Shown: positions 20,686 to 38,564 of the stretch, in pieces
Numbering within the stretch: position 1 is the first letter of the stretch
Layout of the letters: each line of letters starts with the position of its first letter
NCBI RefSeq assembly: GCF_041886205.1
Contig: NZ_CP169029.1
Reading direction: 5' to 3' (one strand)
Length of the DNA stretch: 64,000 bases
Origin: Escherichia coli
Lineage (GTDB): Bacteria > Pseudomonadota > Gammaproteobacteria > Enterobacterales > Enterobacteriaceae
Notes under the pieces: generated by a model
Databases searched by the model: none
Told to the model about the DNA's origin: nothing
What the model saw: the letters and a program-made list of their open reading frames with translations, nothing else
Program-made: the position numbers and the translations under genes

Positions 20686-22140
20686 TTATCGGAACGGCGG
20701 CTCATTAAAGGTTCGTAATTTACGCGAATGCAGTCGGTCGCCTTCTGCGCGCAGCAAATCGATCGCCCGAATGCCAATTTGCAGATGTTCGGAAATAGCG
20801 CCTTCATAAAAACGGTTAGCCTGGCCGGGAAGTTTAATCTCGCCATGCAACGGTTTATCTGAAACACACAGTAGTGTCCCGTATGGCACGCGGAAACGAT
20901 ATCCTTGCGCGGCAATGGTTGCACTTTCCATATCAATTGCTACGGCCCGGCTTAAGTTAAAACGAAGTGCAGAAGCTGAGTAACGTAATTCCCAGTTCCT
21001 GTCATCTGTGGTTACCACAGTACCAGTACGTAGCCGCTGTTTGACTTCCTCACCGGGCCTGCCGCTCACCAGCTTGGTGGCGTCATAAAGCGCACGTTGC
21101 ACTTCAGCAATGCTCGGAATAGGAATATCGGGCGGCAGAACCGCATCAAGAACGTGGTCATCGCGTAAATAAGCGTGTGCAAGTACATAATCGCCAATGG
21201 CCTGACTTTCACGTAATCCGCCACAGTGACCAATCATCAACCAGACATCCGGGCGTAGCACTGCCAGATGATCGCAGATGGTTTTAGCATTTGACGGTCC
21301 CACGCCAATATTCACCAGAGTAATACCCTGACCATCGGCGGTAATTAAATGCCATGCTGGCATCTGATGTTTTTTCCATGCAAGGTCGGAAATGGCTTCT
21401 TCTGGCGCTTCGGTTTCGGCGGTGATCCAGTTCCCGCCAGCACAAGAAAGGGCAATGTAGGGACTATCAGGATCGAGGATCTGGCTGCATCCCCAACGAA
21501 CGAATTCATCCACATAACGTGTGTAGTTGGTAAACAAGACGAACGGCTGAAAATGTTCAACTGGCGTACCGGTATAATGGCGCAACCGTGCGAGGGAAAA
21601 ATCGACGCGGCGCGCATCAAAATGCGATAGCGGGGAGAATTCAGTTGGATGATAAATGCCGTCTGCAGTTTCATCGCCAATTTGCGCCAGTTCTGTTGTC
21701 GGGAAGTAGCGAGTTAACCCAGCGCTCATTGAGCGATCAAGTGTCAATTCAGAGCCATCGATGACATAAGGATAAGGGATTTCATGCTGCGAGGGTTGCA
21801 CTGAGATATGCGCACCATAATCCTGATACAGCAACGTAAGTTGTTCATTAAGATACGAACGAAAGAGAGTAGGGCGAGTAATCGTGGTGGTGTAGCTGCC
21901 TGCGTGGGTAAAGCGACCAAATGCGCGCGTTTTGGGGGGATTGGTTGTGCTACCGTCCCAGGTTACGGTCAGTGATGGATAGACAAAAAGACCTTGTTTG
22001 CGGGCGTTTTCATCAGGTAATTCGCCACTTGTAATATAGTTGCCAATGGCGTTGCGTAATGCGACTACAGATTGCTCATACAGCGCGTCGAGTTTATCCA
22101 GTGCCTGAGCTGGGGTCAGGCCGGAGCCCTTATTATTCAT
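20686..22140 (-). CDS. amn: AMP nucleosidase
   Basis: 484 aa from internal ATG (MNNKGSGLTPAQALDKLDALYEQ...); the track ORF's 52-codon extension overlaps shiA. Confidence 0.9.
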   Translation of the reverse strand: MNNKGSGLTPAQALDKLDALYEQSVVALRNAIGNYITSGELPDENARKQGLFVYPSLTVTWDGSTTNPPKTRAFGRFTHAGSYTTTITRPTLFRSYLNEQLTLLYQDYGAHISVQPSQHEIPYPYVIDGSELTLDRSMSAGLTRYFPTTELAQIGDETADGIYHPTEFSPLSHFDARRVDFSLARLRHYTGTPVEHFQPFVLFTNYTRYVDEFVRWGCSQILDPDSPYIALSCAGGNWITAETEAPEEAISDLAWKKHQMPAWHLITADGQGITLVNIGVGPSNAKTICDHLAVLRPDVWLMIGHCGGLRESQAIGDYVLAHAYLRDDHVLDAVLPPDIPIPSIAEVQRALYDATKLVSGRPGEEVKQRLRTGTVVTTDDRNWELRYSASALRFNLSRAVAIDMESATIAAQGYRFRVPYGTLLCVSDKPLHGEIKLPGQANRFYEGAISEHLQIGIRAIDLLRAEGDRLHSRKLRTFNEPPFR

Positions 22141-22241
22141 GTGTGTCTCCTGTTCCATACAATTACCGCACATCCGATAGTATGTCACAGAAATGTGAAA
22201 CAAAAGTGTAAGGCGAAGATCGGATGATCTTCGCCAGGCTA

Positions 22242-23558
22242 TCAAGCGCGTTGACTGTCTTTCATCAACAAAGCGGTCATTGCGGAAATCAGGCATCCAG
22301 CCAGCAAATAAATGGCGACGCTATGCCAGTTCCCGGCAAAGTAAGTGATGAGTGCAGCGGCAATAAAAGGTGTAAATCCACCGCCAACCACACTGGCAAC
22401 CTGATAACCGACTCCAGCGCCACTATAGCGATAACTGGCACCAAACATTTCGGTAAACATCGGTTGTTGCACACACACCACCATGTCATGCGCAATGTTT
22501 GCCAGCATTATGGAGAAGAAAACTATCCAGAAAATAGATTGTGCTTCAAGCGCCATAAAGAAAGGAAATGCGCTCAACGTTCCGATTAACGTACCTGTGA
22601 TATAAACCCTACGGCGACCAAAACGATCGGCAAGCCAGGCAAAACAGGGAATTGTCAGGCAGCTTAATCCACCTACCAGCAAACCAATATTAAGGAAAAG
22701 TTCGCGCGGTAGCCCCATATTCTGGGTTGAATAATTAAGTGCAAAGGCAGTAACGATGTACATCGTCAGCAATTCGCACAGTCGTAGCGCAATAATCTTC
22801 AGGAAAGCACCGGGATGTCGTAACAGCGCTTCGATAACCGGGATGCGTTTTTTCGCGGCAGCTTGATAATGTTGCTGTTGTTCAAATTCCGCGGACTCCT
22901 CCATGCCATTGCGCACCCACAATGCTCCCAGTACCAGTACGATGCTAAACAGGAAAGGAATGCGCCAGCCCCAGCTTAAAAACTGTTCGTCAGTCGTCAT
23001 CATACTGATCAATGAAACCAGTCCGGTTGAAAGCAGTAAACCTACACCGTAGCCAACTTGTACACCGCTACTGTAAAAGGCTTTTTTATTTTTCGGTGCA
23101 CTTTCAACGGAAAGCAACGCCGCGCCTCCCCATTCGCCGCCGACTGCAAATCCCTGAATGGCACGCAGTGTCACCAGCAAAATAGGTGCCCACCACCCAA
23201 TGGTCGAGAATGAAGGAAGAATACCAATCAAGGCTGTCGCGATGCCCATCATCCAGACGGTCAGCATTAACATGCGCTTACGTCCCAGTCGGTCGCCAAA
23301 GTGACCGAAAATGACACCGCCGAGCGGACGGAAAAGAAATCCGACGCCAAAGGTAGCAAATGCGGCGAGCGTTCCCATCGCCGGGCTTACTTGCGGGAAA
23401 AACTCGCGATTAAACACCAGTGCGGCGGTGATGCCATAGAGTAAAAAATCATACCAGTCGACGACGGCACCAGCGAAGCTGCCTAACGCAGCTCGTCGGG
23501 CGCGACTTAACGAAAGCGTCCCTTCATCGGGACGAGTGGAGATGAGCGTGGAGTCCAT
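22242..23558 (-). CDS. shiA: Shikimate:H+ symporter ShiA (MFS)
   Basis: 438-aa MFS transporter (MDSTLISTRPDEGTLSLSRARRAALGSFAGAVVDWYDFLLYG...). Confidence 0.9.
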   Translation of the reverse strand: MDSTLISTRPDEGTLSLSRARRAALGSFAGAVVDWYDFLLYGITAALVFNREFFPQVSPAMGTLAAFATFGVGFLFRPLGGVIFGHFGDRLGRKRMLMLTVWMMGIATALIGILPSFSTIGWWAPILLVTLRAIQGFAVGGEWGGAALLSVESAPKNKKAFYSSGVQVGYGVGLLLSTGLVSLISMMTTDEQFLSWGWRIPFLFSIVLVLGALWVRNGMEESAEFEQQQHYQAAAKKRIPVIEALLRHPGAFLKIIALRLCELLTMYIVTAFALNYSTQNMGLPRELFLNIGLLVGGLSCLTIPCFAWLADRFGRRRVYITGTLIGTLSAFPFFMALEAQSIFWIVFFSIMLANIAHDMVVCVQQPMFTEMFGASYRYSGAGVGYQVASVVGGGFTPFIAAALITYFAGNWHSVAIYLLAGCLISAMTALLMKDSQRA

Positions 23559-23872
23559 AATGATCCTGTTTGTACTGTCTTTTTATAATTAGTATGGAAA
23601 AGGTAACTCACATTGCCGTCGATCTATAAACGAACCTTATGAGACTACCTCGACAGAGCGCATCTGCAAATGATTTTATGGCTGATTAGCGGCAACATGA
23701 AAAATTCGATGGAAGATGAAAGCGCAGGAGTTGCTGGTGTTGTTTAAGGATTAAGCAGAGGACCCACAGGTTAGAGATATGAAACATAAAAGTCCGCATA
23801 TGCACAAAATGGCACCCTGATGAGTCTGATAGACTGCATTGCATTATAACCAGTAGGGAGGCGAGGTTAGGT

Positions 23873-23945
23873 ATGTTTTTAGCATCATTGTTGAGACGTA
23901 TTGCATTTAGTTACTACGATTATAAAGCTTATAATTTCAATATTG
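23873..23945 (+). pseudogene. yeeL: yeeL N-terminal 24 codons, separated from the rest by the IS66-family insertion
   Basis: ATG at 23873 with upstream AGGGAGG; frame continues across the 8-bp target duplication into the glycosyltransferase ORF at 26645. Confidence 0.5.
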
Positions 23946-23998
23946 GTAACCGGCTCATTTAAACCGTCTGGTCTGTTTCCTCCGGCTCTACAAAAATA

Positions 23999-24676
23999 AT
24001 GTCCATCATTTTTAATGGACACTATCGTATGAAACACCGGACCTGGATCACTGAAGCTTTACGTCTTCACTTTGAAGAACATTTACCCCGGGTTGTGGCC
24101 GGGCGTCGCCTGGGTGTACCAAAATCAACAGTTTGTAGTATGTTCGTGCGCTTTCGGAGAGCTGGCCTTTCGTGGCCTTTGCCCGCAGGCATGTCGGAGC
24201 AGGAACTTGATGCCTGCCTTTACGGACAATTTTCCACGGTACCAGTCGTACGTCCTGAAAGCACCGTTATATCCGAAGCCCCCGTGGTAAAAAAACGTCC
24301 CCGGCGGCCCAACTTCCCTTATGAGTTTAAAATCGCCTTAGTGGAGCAGTCACTGCAGCCCGGAGCCTGTGTGGCGCAGATCGCCCGGGAAAACGGAATC
24401 AACGATAACCTGCTCTTCAACTGGCGCCATCAATACCGGAAAGGTGGCCTGCTGCCTTCCGGAAAAAATATGCCGGCACTGCTTCCCGTGACGTTAACGC
24501 CGGAGCCGGATAATAAAATCCCGGCCCCCGCACAGGAACCAGAGCAGATAAATACACCGTCCGACAGTCTGTGTTGTGAGCTGGTTCTGCCGGCCGGAAC
24601 TCTCAGGCTTAAAGGTAAACTGACGCCGGCGTTATTACAGACACTTATCCGCGAAATAAAAGGGAGCAGCCACTGA
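23999..24676 (+). CDS. IS66-family accessory protein (TnpA-like, HTH); start codon uncertain
   Basis: C-terminal half ...GACVAQIARENGINDNLLFNWRHQYRKG... resembles IS66 Orf1; stop overlaps the next start (ATGA). Confidence 0.7.
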   Translation: MSIIFNGHYRMKHRTWITEALRLHFEEHLPRVVAGRRLGVPKSTVCSMFVRFRRAGLSWPLPAGMSEQELDACLYGQFSTVPVVRPESTVISEAPVVKKRPRRPNFPYEFKIALVEQSLQPGACVAQIARENGINDNLLFNWRHQYRKGGLLPSGKNMPALLPVTLTPEPDNKIPAPAQEPEQINTPSDSLCCELVLPAGTLRLKGKLTPALLQTLIREIKGSSH

Positions 24677-25023
24677 TGATATCTCTCCCTGCAGGTTCGC
24701 GTATCTGGCTGGTTGCAGGTATCACCGATATGCGAAATGGCTTTAACGGCCTGGCATCAAAAGTTCAGAACGTCCTGAAGGATGACCCGTTCTCCGGACA
24801 CCTGTTCATCTTCCGCGGACGCCGGGGTGACCAGATAAAAGTGTTGTGGGCTGACAGTGACGGACTGTGCCTCTTCACCAAACGCCTGGAGCGGGGCCGC
24901 TTCGTCTGGCCAGTCACCCGTGACGGCAAGGTGCACCTTACTCCGGCTCAGTTATCCATGCTTCTTGAAGGTATCAACTGGAAGCACCCGAAACGAACGG
25001 AACGCGCTGGAATCCGCATATAA
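24676..25023 (+). CDS. tnpB: IS66-family TnpB
   Basis: 115 aa: MISLPAGSRIWLVAGITDMRNGFNGLASKVQNVL... Confidence 0.85.
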   Translation: MISLPAGSRIWLVAGITDMRNGFNGLASKVQNVLKDDPFSGHLFIFRGRRGDQIKVLWADSDGLCLFTKRLERGRFVWPVTRDGKVHLTPAQLSMLLEGINWKHPKRTERAGIRI

Positions 25024-25042
25024 CCCGTTGTAAAGTGAGGAT

Positions 25043-26614
25043 ATGGACACCTCACTTGCTCATGAGAACGCCCGCCTGCGGGCACTGTTGCAGACGCAAC
25101 AGGACACCATCCGCCAGATGGCTGAATACAACCGCCTGCTCTCACAGCGGGTGGCGGCTTATGCTTCCGAAATCAACCGGCTGAAGGCGCTGGTTGCGAA
25201 ACTGCAACGTATGCAGTTCGGTAAAAGCTCAGAAAAACTTCGTGCAAAAACCGAACGGCAGATACAGGAAGCACAGGAGCGAATCAGCGCACTTCAGGAA
25301 GAAATGGCGGAAACGCTGGGTGAGCAATATGACCCGGTACTGCCATCCGCCCTGCGCCAGTCTTCAGCCCGTAAACCGTTACCGGCCTCACTTCCCCGTG
25401 AAACCCGGGTTATCCGGCCGGAAGAGGAATGCTGTCCTGCCTGTGGTGGTGAACTCAGTTCTCTGGGATGTGATGTGTCAGAGCAACTGGAGCTTATCAG
25501 CAGCGCCTTTAAGGTTATCGAAACACAACGTCCGAAACAGGCCTGTTGCCGGTGCGACCATATCGTGCAGGCACCAGTACCTTCAAAACCCATTGCACGC
25601 AGTTATGCCGGAGCGGGGCTTCTGGCCCATGTTGTCACCGGGAAATATGCAGACCATCTGCCGTTATACCGCCAGTCAGAAATATACCGTCGTCAGGGAG
25701 TGGAGCTGAGCCGTGCCACACTGGGGCGCTGGACAGGTGCTGTTGCTGAACTGCTGGAGCCGCTGTATGACGTCCTGCGCCAGTATGTGCTGATGCCCGG
25801 TAAAGTCCATGCTGATGATATCCCCGTCCCGGTCCAGGAGCCGGGCAGCGGTAAAACCCGGACAGCCCGGCTGTGGGTCTACGTCCGTGATGACCGTAAC
25901 GCCGGTTCACAGATGCCCCCGGCGGTCTGGTTCGCGTACAGTCCGGACCGGAAAGGTATCCATCCACAAAATCACCTGGCCGGTTACAGCGGTGTGCTTC
26001 AGGCCGATGCTTACGGTGGTTACCGGGCGTTATACGAATCCGGCAGAATAACGGAAGCCGCGTGTATGGCTCATGCCCGGAGAAAAATCCACGATGTGCA
26101 TGCAAGAGCGTCCACCTACATCACCACGGAAGCCCTGCAGCGTATCGGTGAACTGTATGCCATCGAGGCAGAGGTCCGGGGCTGTTCAGCAGAACAGCGT
26201 CTGGCGGCAAGAAAAGCCAGAGCCGCGCCACTGATGCAGTCACTGTATGACTGGATACAGCAACAGATGAAAACACTGTCGCGTCACTCAGATACGGCAA
26301 AAGCGTTCGCATACCTGCTGAAACAGTGGGATGCACTGAACGTGTACTGCAGTAATGGCTGGGTGGAAATCGACAACAACATCGCAGAGAACGCCTTACG
26401 GGGAGTGGCCGTAGGCCGGAAAAACTGGATGTTCGCGGGTTCCGACAGCGGTGGTGAACATGCGGCGGTGTTGTACTCGCTGATCGGCACATGCCGTCTG
26501 AACAATGTGGAGCCAGAAAAGTGGCTGCGTTACGTCATTGAACATATCCAGGACTGGCCGGCAAACCGGGTACGCGATCTGTTGCCCTGGAAAGTTGATC
26601 TGAGCTCTCAGTAA
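25043..26614 (+). CDS. IS66-family transposase TnpC
   Basis: 523 aa with leucine-zipper N-terminus, CxxC zinc-finger motifs and DDE core; C-terminus [16 protein letters not shown]. Confidence 0.9.
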   Translation: MDTSLAHENARLRALLQTQQDTIRQMAEYNRLLSQRVAAYASEINRLKALVAKLQRMQFGKSSEKLRAKTERQIQEAQERISALQEEMAETLGEQYDPVLPSALRQSSARKPLPASLPRETRVIRPEEECCPACGGELSSLGCDVSEQLELISSAFKVIETQRPKQACCRCDHIVQAPVPSKPIARSYAGAGLLAHVVTGKYADHLPLYRQSEIYRRQGVELSRATLGRWTGAVAELLEPLYDVLRQYVLMPGKVHADDIPVPVQEPGSGKTRTARLWVYVRDDRNAGSQMPPAVWFAYSPDRKGIHPQNHLAGYSGVLQADAYGGYRALYESGRITEAACMAHARRKIHDVHARASTYITTEALQRIGELYAIEAEVRGCSAEQRLAARKARAAPLMQSLYDWIQQQMKTLSRHSDTAKAFAYLLKQWDALNVYCSNGWVEIDNNIAENALRGVAVGRKNWMFAGSDSGGEHAAVLYSLIGTCRLNNVEPEKWLRYVIEHIQDWPANRVRDLLPWKVDLSSQ

Positions 26615-26644
26615 ATATCAATACGGTTCTGACGAGTCGCTTAC

Positions 26645-27632
26645 CAATATTGAAAAAACAGACTTTGTTGTCATCCATATTCCCGATCAGATTGGCGATG
26701 CTATGGCCATCTTTCCTGTTATTCGGGCGCTTGAATTGCATAAAATTAAGCATCTTTTAATTGTAACGTCGACAATTAATTTAGAAGTCTTTAATGCGCT
26801 TAAACTTGAACAGACTAAATTAACATTAGTCACAATGACTATGCAGGATCACGCAACATTAAAAGAAATAAAAGATTTAGCAAAGAACATAACACAGCAA
26901 TACGGTACGCCGGATCTTTGCATTGAGGGGATGCGTAAAAAGAACCTGAAAACGATGTTATTTATCAGTCAGTTGAAAGCAAAAACGAATTTTCAGGTTG
27001 TTGGTATAACCATGAATTGCTTCTCCCCTTTGTGCAAGAACGCGTCCCGTATGGATCAGAAACTCCGGGCTCCCGTACCTATGACATGGGCATTTATGAT
27101 GCGTGAGGCGGGTTTTCCAGCAGTCAGGCCAATATATGAATTGCCACTAAGTGAGGATGTACTCGATGAGGTGCGCGAGGAAATGCGATCGTTAGGATCT
27201 TACATTGCGTTCAATTTAGAAGGTAGCTCGCAGGAACGTACATTTTCATTATCGATTGCAGAAAATCTAATAGCAAAAATTTAAAGTGAAACAGATATAC
27301 CAATAGTGATCGTTCATGGACCCAAAGGTGAAGATAAAGCCAGGGCATTAGTGGATTGTTATAATAATGTCTACCGTTTATCCTTACCACCCTCGATTAA
27401 ACGTTCAGCAGCAATCATAAAAGATGCTTATATCGCAATAACTCCTGACACCTCAATATTACATATGGCAAGTGCCTATAATACCCCTGTTGTTGCAATT
27501 TATGCTGATTACAAAACGCGATGGCCCGCAATGGCCGATGTCTCGGAGTCAGTCGTCGTTGGGCAAAAAATTGACAATATAAGTCTGGATGAATTCGCAA
27601 AGGCATTAAAAAGTGTTTTGGCGAGAATATGA
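26645..27632 (+). pseudogene. yeeL: Glycosyltransferase family 9 (heptosyltransferase-like) pseudogene: IS-interrupted plus in-frame TAA
   Basis: N-terminus ...KTDFVVIHIPDQIGDAMAIFPVIRAL; C-terminal ...ITPDTSILHMASAYNTPVVAIYA motif; track ORFs 26703-27284 and 27306-27632 are in the same frame separated by TAA at 27282. Confidence 0.75.
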
Positions 27633-27842
27633 GACAGTACTTATGCATAGTAATGCCGATCTGTTATGAACGGTGGTGTCATCAATACTCTGAGGCTGGT
27701 CAATCATCACAGAAAACCAGCCTTTAGATCAAAGCAGTACTCACCGAAAATGATCATAGTCACATCGAACGCGATTCTGGCGGTGCCGCATTTTTATTTA
27801 TTCATTTTCTGTGAGAGAAGGGCTAGTTCTGTAGAGGGAATG

Positions 27843-27874
27843 TAAAAAAGAGTGCCCCGAATGGAACACTCTTT
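27843..27874 (-). terminator. Rho-independent terminator after yeeJ
   Basis: AGAGTGTTCC...GGGGCACTCT hairpin followed by T6 on the minus strand. Confidence 0.6.
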
Positions 27875-27893
27875 AAGAAATTATAACGGAAAA

Positions 27894-34970
<7,077 letters not shown>

Positions 34971-35283
34971 GCTTACCTTCCCTGAACGAGCTAACATAAA
35001 TGCGCCCTTTCTAGCACAGCGAAAAAATGTAAATACTGATAGCAATATGATTGAAAATTAATAACTTTTCGTTAGGCAGTTTTGGGTGTGAGTTGCAAGA
35101 GGGGAGACTACTGAATAACTCAAGTTTTATAATCGAGGGGAAAATGGTGATGGCGTTCATAGCAAAACGCCCTCAACCATAAAGGTCGAGGGCGCTTAAG
35201 ATGTTAAAAACCCGCTATCCGTTAAAAAACAATGTTCAACTAAGGTCAGTGACATTGCGCTAAAAAAGCGAATTATTAGAATT

Positions 35284-35359
35284 TGGCTCCTCTGACTGGA
35301 CTCGAACCAGTGACATACGGATTAACAGTCCGCCGTTCTACCGACTGAACTACAGAGGA
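35284..35359 (-). tRNA. asnT: tRNA-Asn (GUU)
   Basis: Identical 76-nt tRNA-Asn sequence. Confidence 0.95.
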
Positions 35360-35377
35360 ATCGTGTGAACGGGGCGA

Positions 35378-35406
35378 ATATTACTTAGCGGTACCTTGTC
35401 TGTCAA
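35378..35406 (-). promoter_or_regulatory. Sigma70 promoter of tRNA-Asn (TTGACA-17-TAATAT)
   Basis: Same architecture and flank (AATCGTGTGAACGGGGCG) as the asnV promoter. Confidence 0.55.
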
Positions 35407-35459
35407 CACTAAATTTCATAAGTCATTTCAATTGGTTAATTAATCTGCAAAGTTGTTAA

Positions 35460-36257
35460 TTAATGAACATTCGTCGCCGAAAACGAGTCTGTATCATTAG
35501 CGTGATGCAGTCTCTGCAAAGGATCTTGTTGATAAAATTGGCAGAAACGTTGCCACAATGAAGGGAAACGAGGAGCAAAAAGTTCTGGGGCGCTAAAGAA
35601 ATATTCAGAAAGTACGGCAAAACATTCAGCAGGATCGCTGGCTGCATAAGCATCAATGCTCGCCGCATTCTCGCCAACCAATTCGATTTCTTCCTGAATG
35701 TTGTTCATTGCAGCATGAAGATCGTGTTCCCAGCCAGCAACCTCACGCAACGGAATAAAGGGAACTCCGCTGGCGCGATCGCCGTTACGGGTGTCCAGCT
35801 TATGAGCGACTTCATGAATAATCAGGTTAAAACCAGAAGCATCAAAAGAATCTTGTATATCCAACCAGTTCAAAACGATAGGCCCTTGCTGCCAGCTCTG
35901 ACCTGACTGAACAATACGTTGGTTATGCACCAGACCGATATCGTCTTCCCATTCATCATCGACCACAAATGGCGCAGGATAAATTAAGACTTCATGAAAA
36001 CCATCCAGCCATTCCAGTCCTAACTCCAGAACGGGTAGGCAAAATAGAAGTGCTATCCGGCAGCTTCTTAATGAATCCAGTTCAAAGCCCTGTAAAGGAA
36101 CAAGCCGCTTTTGCTGTAAAAAACGTTCGGCAAGAGTGACTAATTTGCTTTGTTCCTGTTCCGTCAGACACGTTAAAAGGGGGATCGATAGTGCTTCCTG
36201 CCAGGGAAGGGCAGTTTGATGTGCTGATTCTTGTACTTTCCAGGGCCACTTAATCAT
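35460..36257 (-). CDS. mtfA: Mlc titration factor A (zinc-dependent peptidase family)
   Basis: 265 aa from [19 protein letters not shown]...; HEVAH zinc motif. Confidence 0.88.
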   Translation of the reverse strand: MIKWPWKVQESAHQTALPWQEALSIPLLTCLTEQEQSKLVTLAERFLQQKRLVPLQGFELDSLRSCRIALLFCLPVLELGLEWLDGFHEVLIYPAPFVVDDEWEDDIGLVHNQRIVQSGQSWQQGPIVLNWLDIQDSFDASGFNLIIHEVAHKLDTRNGDRASGVPFIPLREVAGWEHDLHAAMNNIQEEIELVGENAASIDAYAASDPAECFAVLSEYFFSAPELFAPRFPSLWQRFCQFYQQDPLQRLHHANDTDSFSATNVH

Positions 36258-36350
36258 CGTTTTGCTCGCAAACTCGTCACTTGAACAAAATTGCACGGAC
36301 AGGGACTGTTAAAATGCCAAATTTCCTGGCATCATGGCAACCATCTGAAC

Positions 36351-36440
36351 GGAGAGATGCCGGAGCGGCTGAACGGACCGGTCTCGAAAACCGGAGTAGG
36401 GGCAACTCTACCGGGGGTTCAAATCCCCCTCTCTCCGCCA
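36351..36440 (+). tRNA. serU: tRNA-Ser (CGA)
   Basis: GGAGAGATGCCGGAGCGGCTGAACGGACCGGTCTCGAAAACCGG...CTCTCCGCCA; long variable arm, anticodon loop CUCGAAA. Confidence 0.93.
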
Positions 36441-37009
36441 CTTTATCAATGACTTATCTCCCGACTTCCCGCCTTGCTTTTCCTAAACAGAACAATCGTA
36501 GAATATTCTTGAAGGGTTAGATCGTCACTGTTTTCTGTTCGATACTGTGACATTCAGCACTTGATTCGCTATGGATCTGACAGGAAGCTTTCGAGCGAAA
36601 ATGTGCAGTTATTCAGTCGTTTTCTTATCGCTCACCATTATTCTTTTAGACATTCATCCTATGAAACTGCCGCAAAGTTGGTGGTGGGAACTGAAGTTGC
36701 GTAGAGAAGGGTTCAATAATTGAGTCAAAAAAGGAACGCGGCCGTCAGATTAAAGCCGCGGGACAAAGTCCATAATTTCCAAGAGTTGTTGAATTTCCCA
36801 GCTTTTTTGAAAGCCTTTGTATCACACTAACAAGTAAAAAAGGTTTAAATACCAAAATTAACCTGTATTTTTGATAAGTCTTACCATTGTACGATTTACA
36901 CAGTTTCTGCTCCTCCTTGTTGATAGTGGAAAGGGTGCATTGTGCACTTGCGTAAACATTTATGACGCGTTGATGTCCATGGTTCACATTTCCTTGTCAG
37001 GGGATCGAC

Positions 37010-37540
37010 TTATTTGCGGCGAGGCATCATTCGTAACAGAGTATTATCTTTCTGAATGTAGTGATGAAAGAGTGCTGCGCCAGCGTGAGCTGCGATTAAA
37101 AAGTAACCTATATTTGCCCAGGTTTCGTGAATATTTTTTATCAGTGCTTTAATTTCGCTGTTTGGGGTAACAAAGGGAGACACATTGAAACCAAGGAAAC
37201 TCCACGATTTTCCACTGTAAGCCATCAAAGCAATCCCCAGCAGAGGAAGTGCAAGGAAGGTTATATAAAGCATGATGTGCATTAGCGAAGCCGCTTTCAT
37301 TTGCCAGGCAGGTGGCGGTGGCACAATAGAAGGATCACTATAACGGTGTTTTATAATCAGGCGTGAAAACATTAACACCCAAACGAATATACCCGCATTG
37401 TAATGTGTTTCTCGCATCAGCAGATAAGTACTACTACCTTTAGGAAACCAGCCACGGAGTTCCATCGCGGCATAGGTTATTGCAACGAAAAGCAGCGTTA
37501 TCCAATGTAAATAAATTTGAGTTTTTGAGAATCGGTTCAT
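37010..37540 (-). CDS. yodB: Cytochrome b561 homolog YodB
   Basis: 176 aa from MNRFSKTQIYLHWITLL...; four-helix di-heme topology with conserved His. Confidence 0.85.
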   Translation of the reverse strand: MNRFSKTQIYLHWITLLFVAITYAAMELRGWFPKGSSTYLLMRETHYNAGIFVWVLMFSRLIIKHRYSDPSIVPPPPAWQMKAASLMHIMLYITFLALPLLGIALMAYSGKSWSFLGFNVSPFVTPNSEIKALIKNIHETWANIGYFLIAAHAGAALFHHYIQKDNTLLRMMPRRK

Positions 37541-37883
37541 TTTTGTAGCTCCTGTAATTTTTACAGTCAAGCTATCCCACGAACCTTAAAAATTCCTTAT
37601 ACAGATGTGGTTTTAAGAATTTGTTATTTAAAAAATTGATAGTGCACATTGTAACCAGCCAATATAAGCAATGGCGTGAGCACAGGTATCTTTCTCTGTT
37701 GGCCGTATTGTGTATGGAATCCGTTATTGGTTAACTCAATGCGGGTTAGCTTATTTAATATACAGACACGTCATAGTGATGAGCGTGTCTGTAGCTAGCT
37801 TGCGTTCAGTGGCGTTTGTGGATGGACCAGTGGTAGTTATGATGACTTACTAAAGCGGCATCGAGGCGTTATCATGAGAATAC

Positions 37884-38534
37884 TCAATGAGACATCATTT
37901 CCTCGACCACTTCTTCGCTACTCAACTGATATGGATAAAACGTTGGCCAGTTTTCCATTTCATTTAATAAAGATTGCTGTGAATCATTACCCATAAAAAT
38001 GTGAAAATGAGATGATTTTCGTGGTGCAATTATATGATCGCTAAATTGTATATATTTAGGGGCTTTGCTTTTAGGATCTTTACATTCGAATAAGTAACGA
38101 ACGCCTTTCTTACCTGATTTGTAAGTGAGTATTTTGTATCCATCGTAATCATATTTACAGGATGTTGTTTCATTATTTCTATGGAATTCAACAATGCCGT
38201 CCTCAATGCCAATCATCTCGATATCTGTCGCATAACCTTTGTGATAATAATCTTTAATTTCAGCAAATGTTTTGGTTTTATCTGCATCCGCTTTCTTCTG
38301 AAAGACGGGGCCAAGTTTGCCACTTTGCAGTAAAGGATAAACGGATTGCCAGACTCCATCCCAGTCACTGAGCGTTCGGTTTTGTACATTGGCATCATCA
38401 AAAACACCATTAGCAGCTTTTTGTTCGACCTCTGTTAAGGGTTTGCCGTGTGAGTGATGACCATGCGAAAAGGCAGGAGCGCTAACAATAAAGACACCTA
38501 AAGCAACAGCCAGTTTGTGAAGACGAATCGCCAA
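37884..38534 (-). CDS. zinT: Periplasmic zinc/cadmium-binding protein ZinT
   Basis: Signal peptide then HGHHSHG metal-binding stretch; probable TTG start 7 nt after GGAGG; Zur box upstream. Confidence 0.88.
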   Translation of the reverse strand: MAIRLHKLAVALGVFIVSAPAFSHGHHSHGKPLTEVEQKAANGVFDDANVQNRTLSDWDGVWQSVYPLLQSGKLGPVFQKKADADKTKTFAEIKDYYHKGYATDIEMIGIEDGIVEFHRNNETTSCKYDYDGYKILTYKSGKKGVRYLFECKDPKSKAPKYIQFSDHIIAPRKSSHFHIFMGNDSQQSLLNEMENWPTFYPYQLSSEEVVEEMMSH

Positions 38535-38564
38535 AACAGTTTCCTCCAGAGTCATTGTATATGA

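Larger units (their letters stand above)
23946..26644 (+). mobile_element. Complete IS66-family insertion sequence (about 2.7 kb) flanked by 8-bp direct repeats CAATATTG
   Basis: Imperfect terminal inverted repeats GTAACCGGCTCATTTAAACCGTCTGG / reverse complement of CAATACGGTTCTGACGAGTCGCTTAC; three ORFs typical of IS66; identical 8-mers at 23938-23945 and 26645-26652. Confidence 0.85.

Noticed and set aside
20686-22296. Long N-terminal extensions of track ORFs (amn 536 aa, sbcB 491, fliM 368, fliR 294, hprR 260, yeeO 547)
   Set aside because: The extensions overlap upstream genes or promoters and lack RBSs; internal starts give lengths I recognise for these proteins.
25194-26505. Overlapping alternative-frame ORFs (67-171 aa) within the IS66 transposase gene
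   Set aside because: Arg/Pro/Ser-rich out-of-frame translations of a GC-rich gene; all lie inside the well-supported tnpC frame.
36336-37009. Prophage or integrative element at tRNA-Ser or the tRNA-Asn copies
   Set aside because: No integrase, excisionase or duplicated tRNA 3' end adjacent to any tRNA; flanks are core genes.
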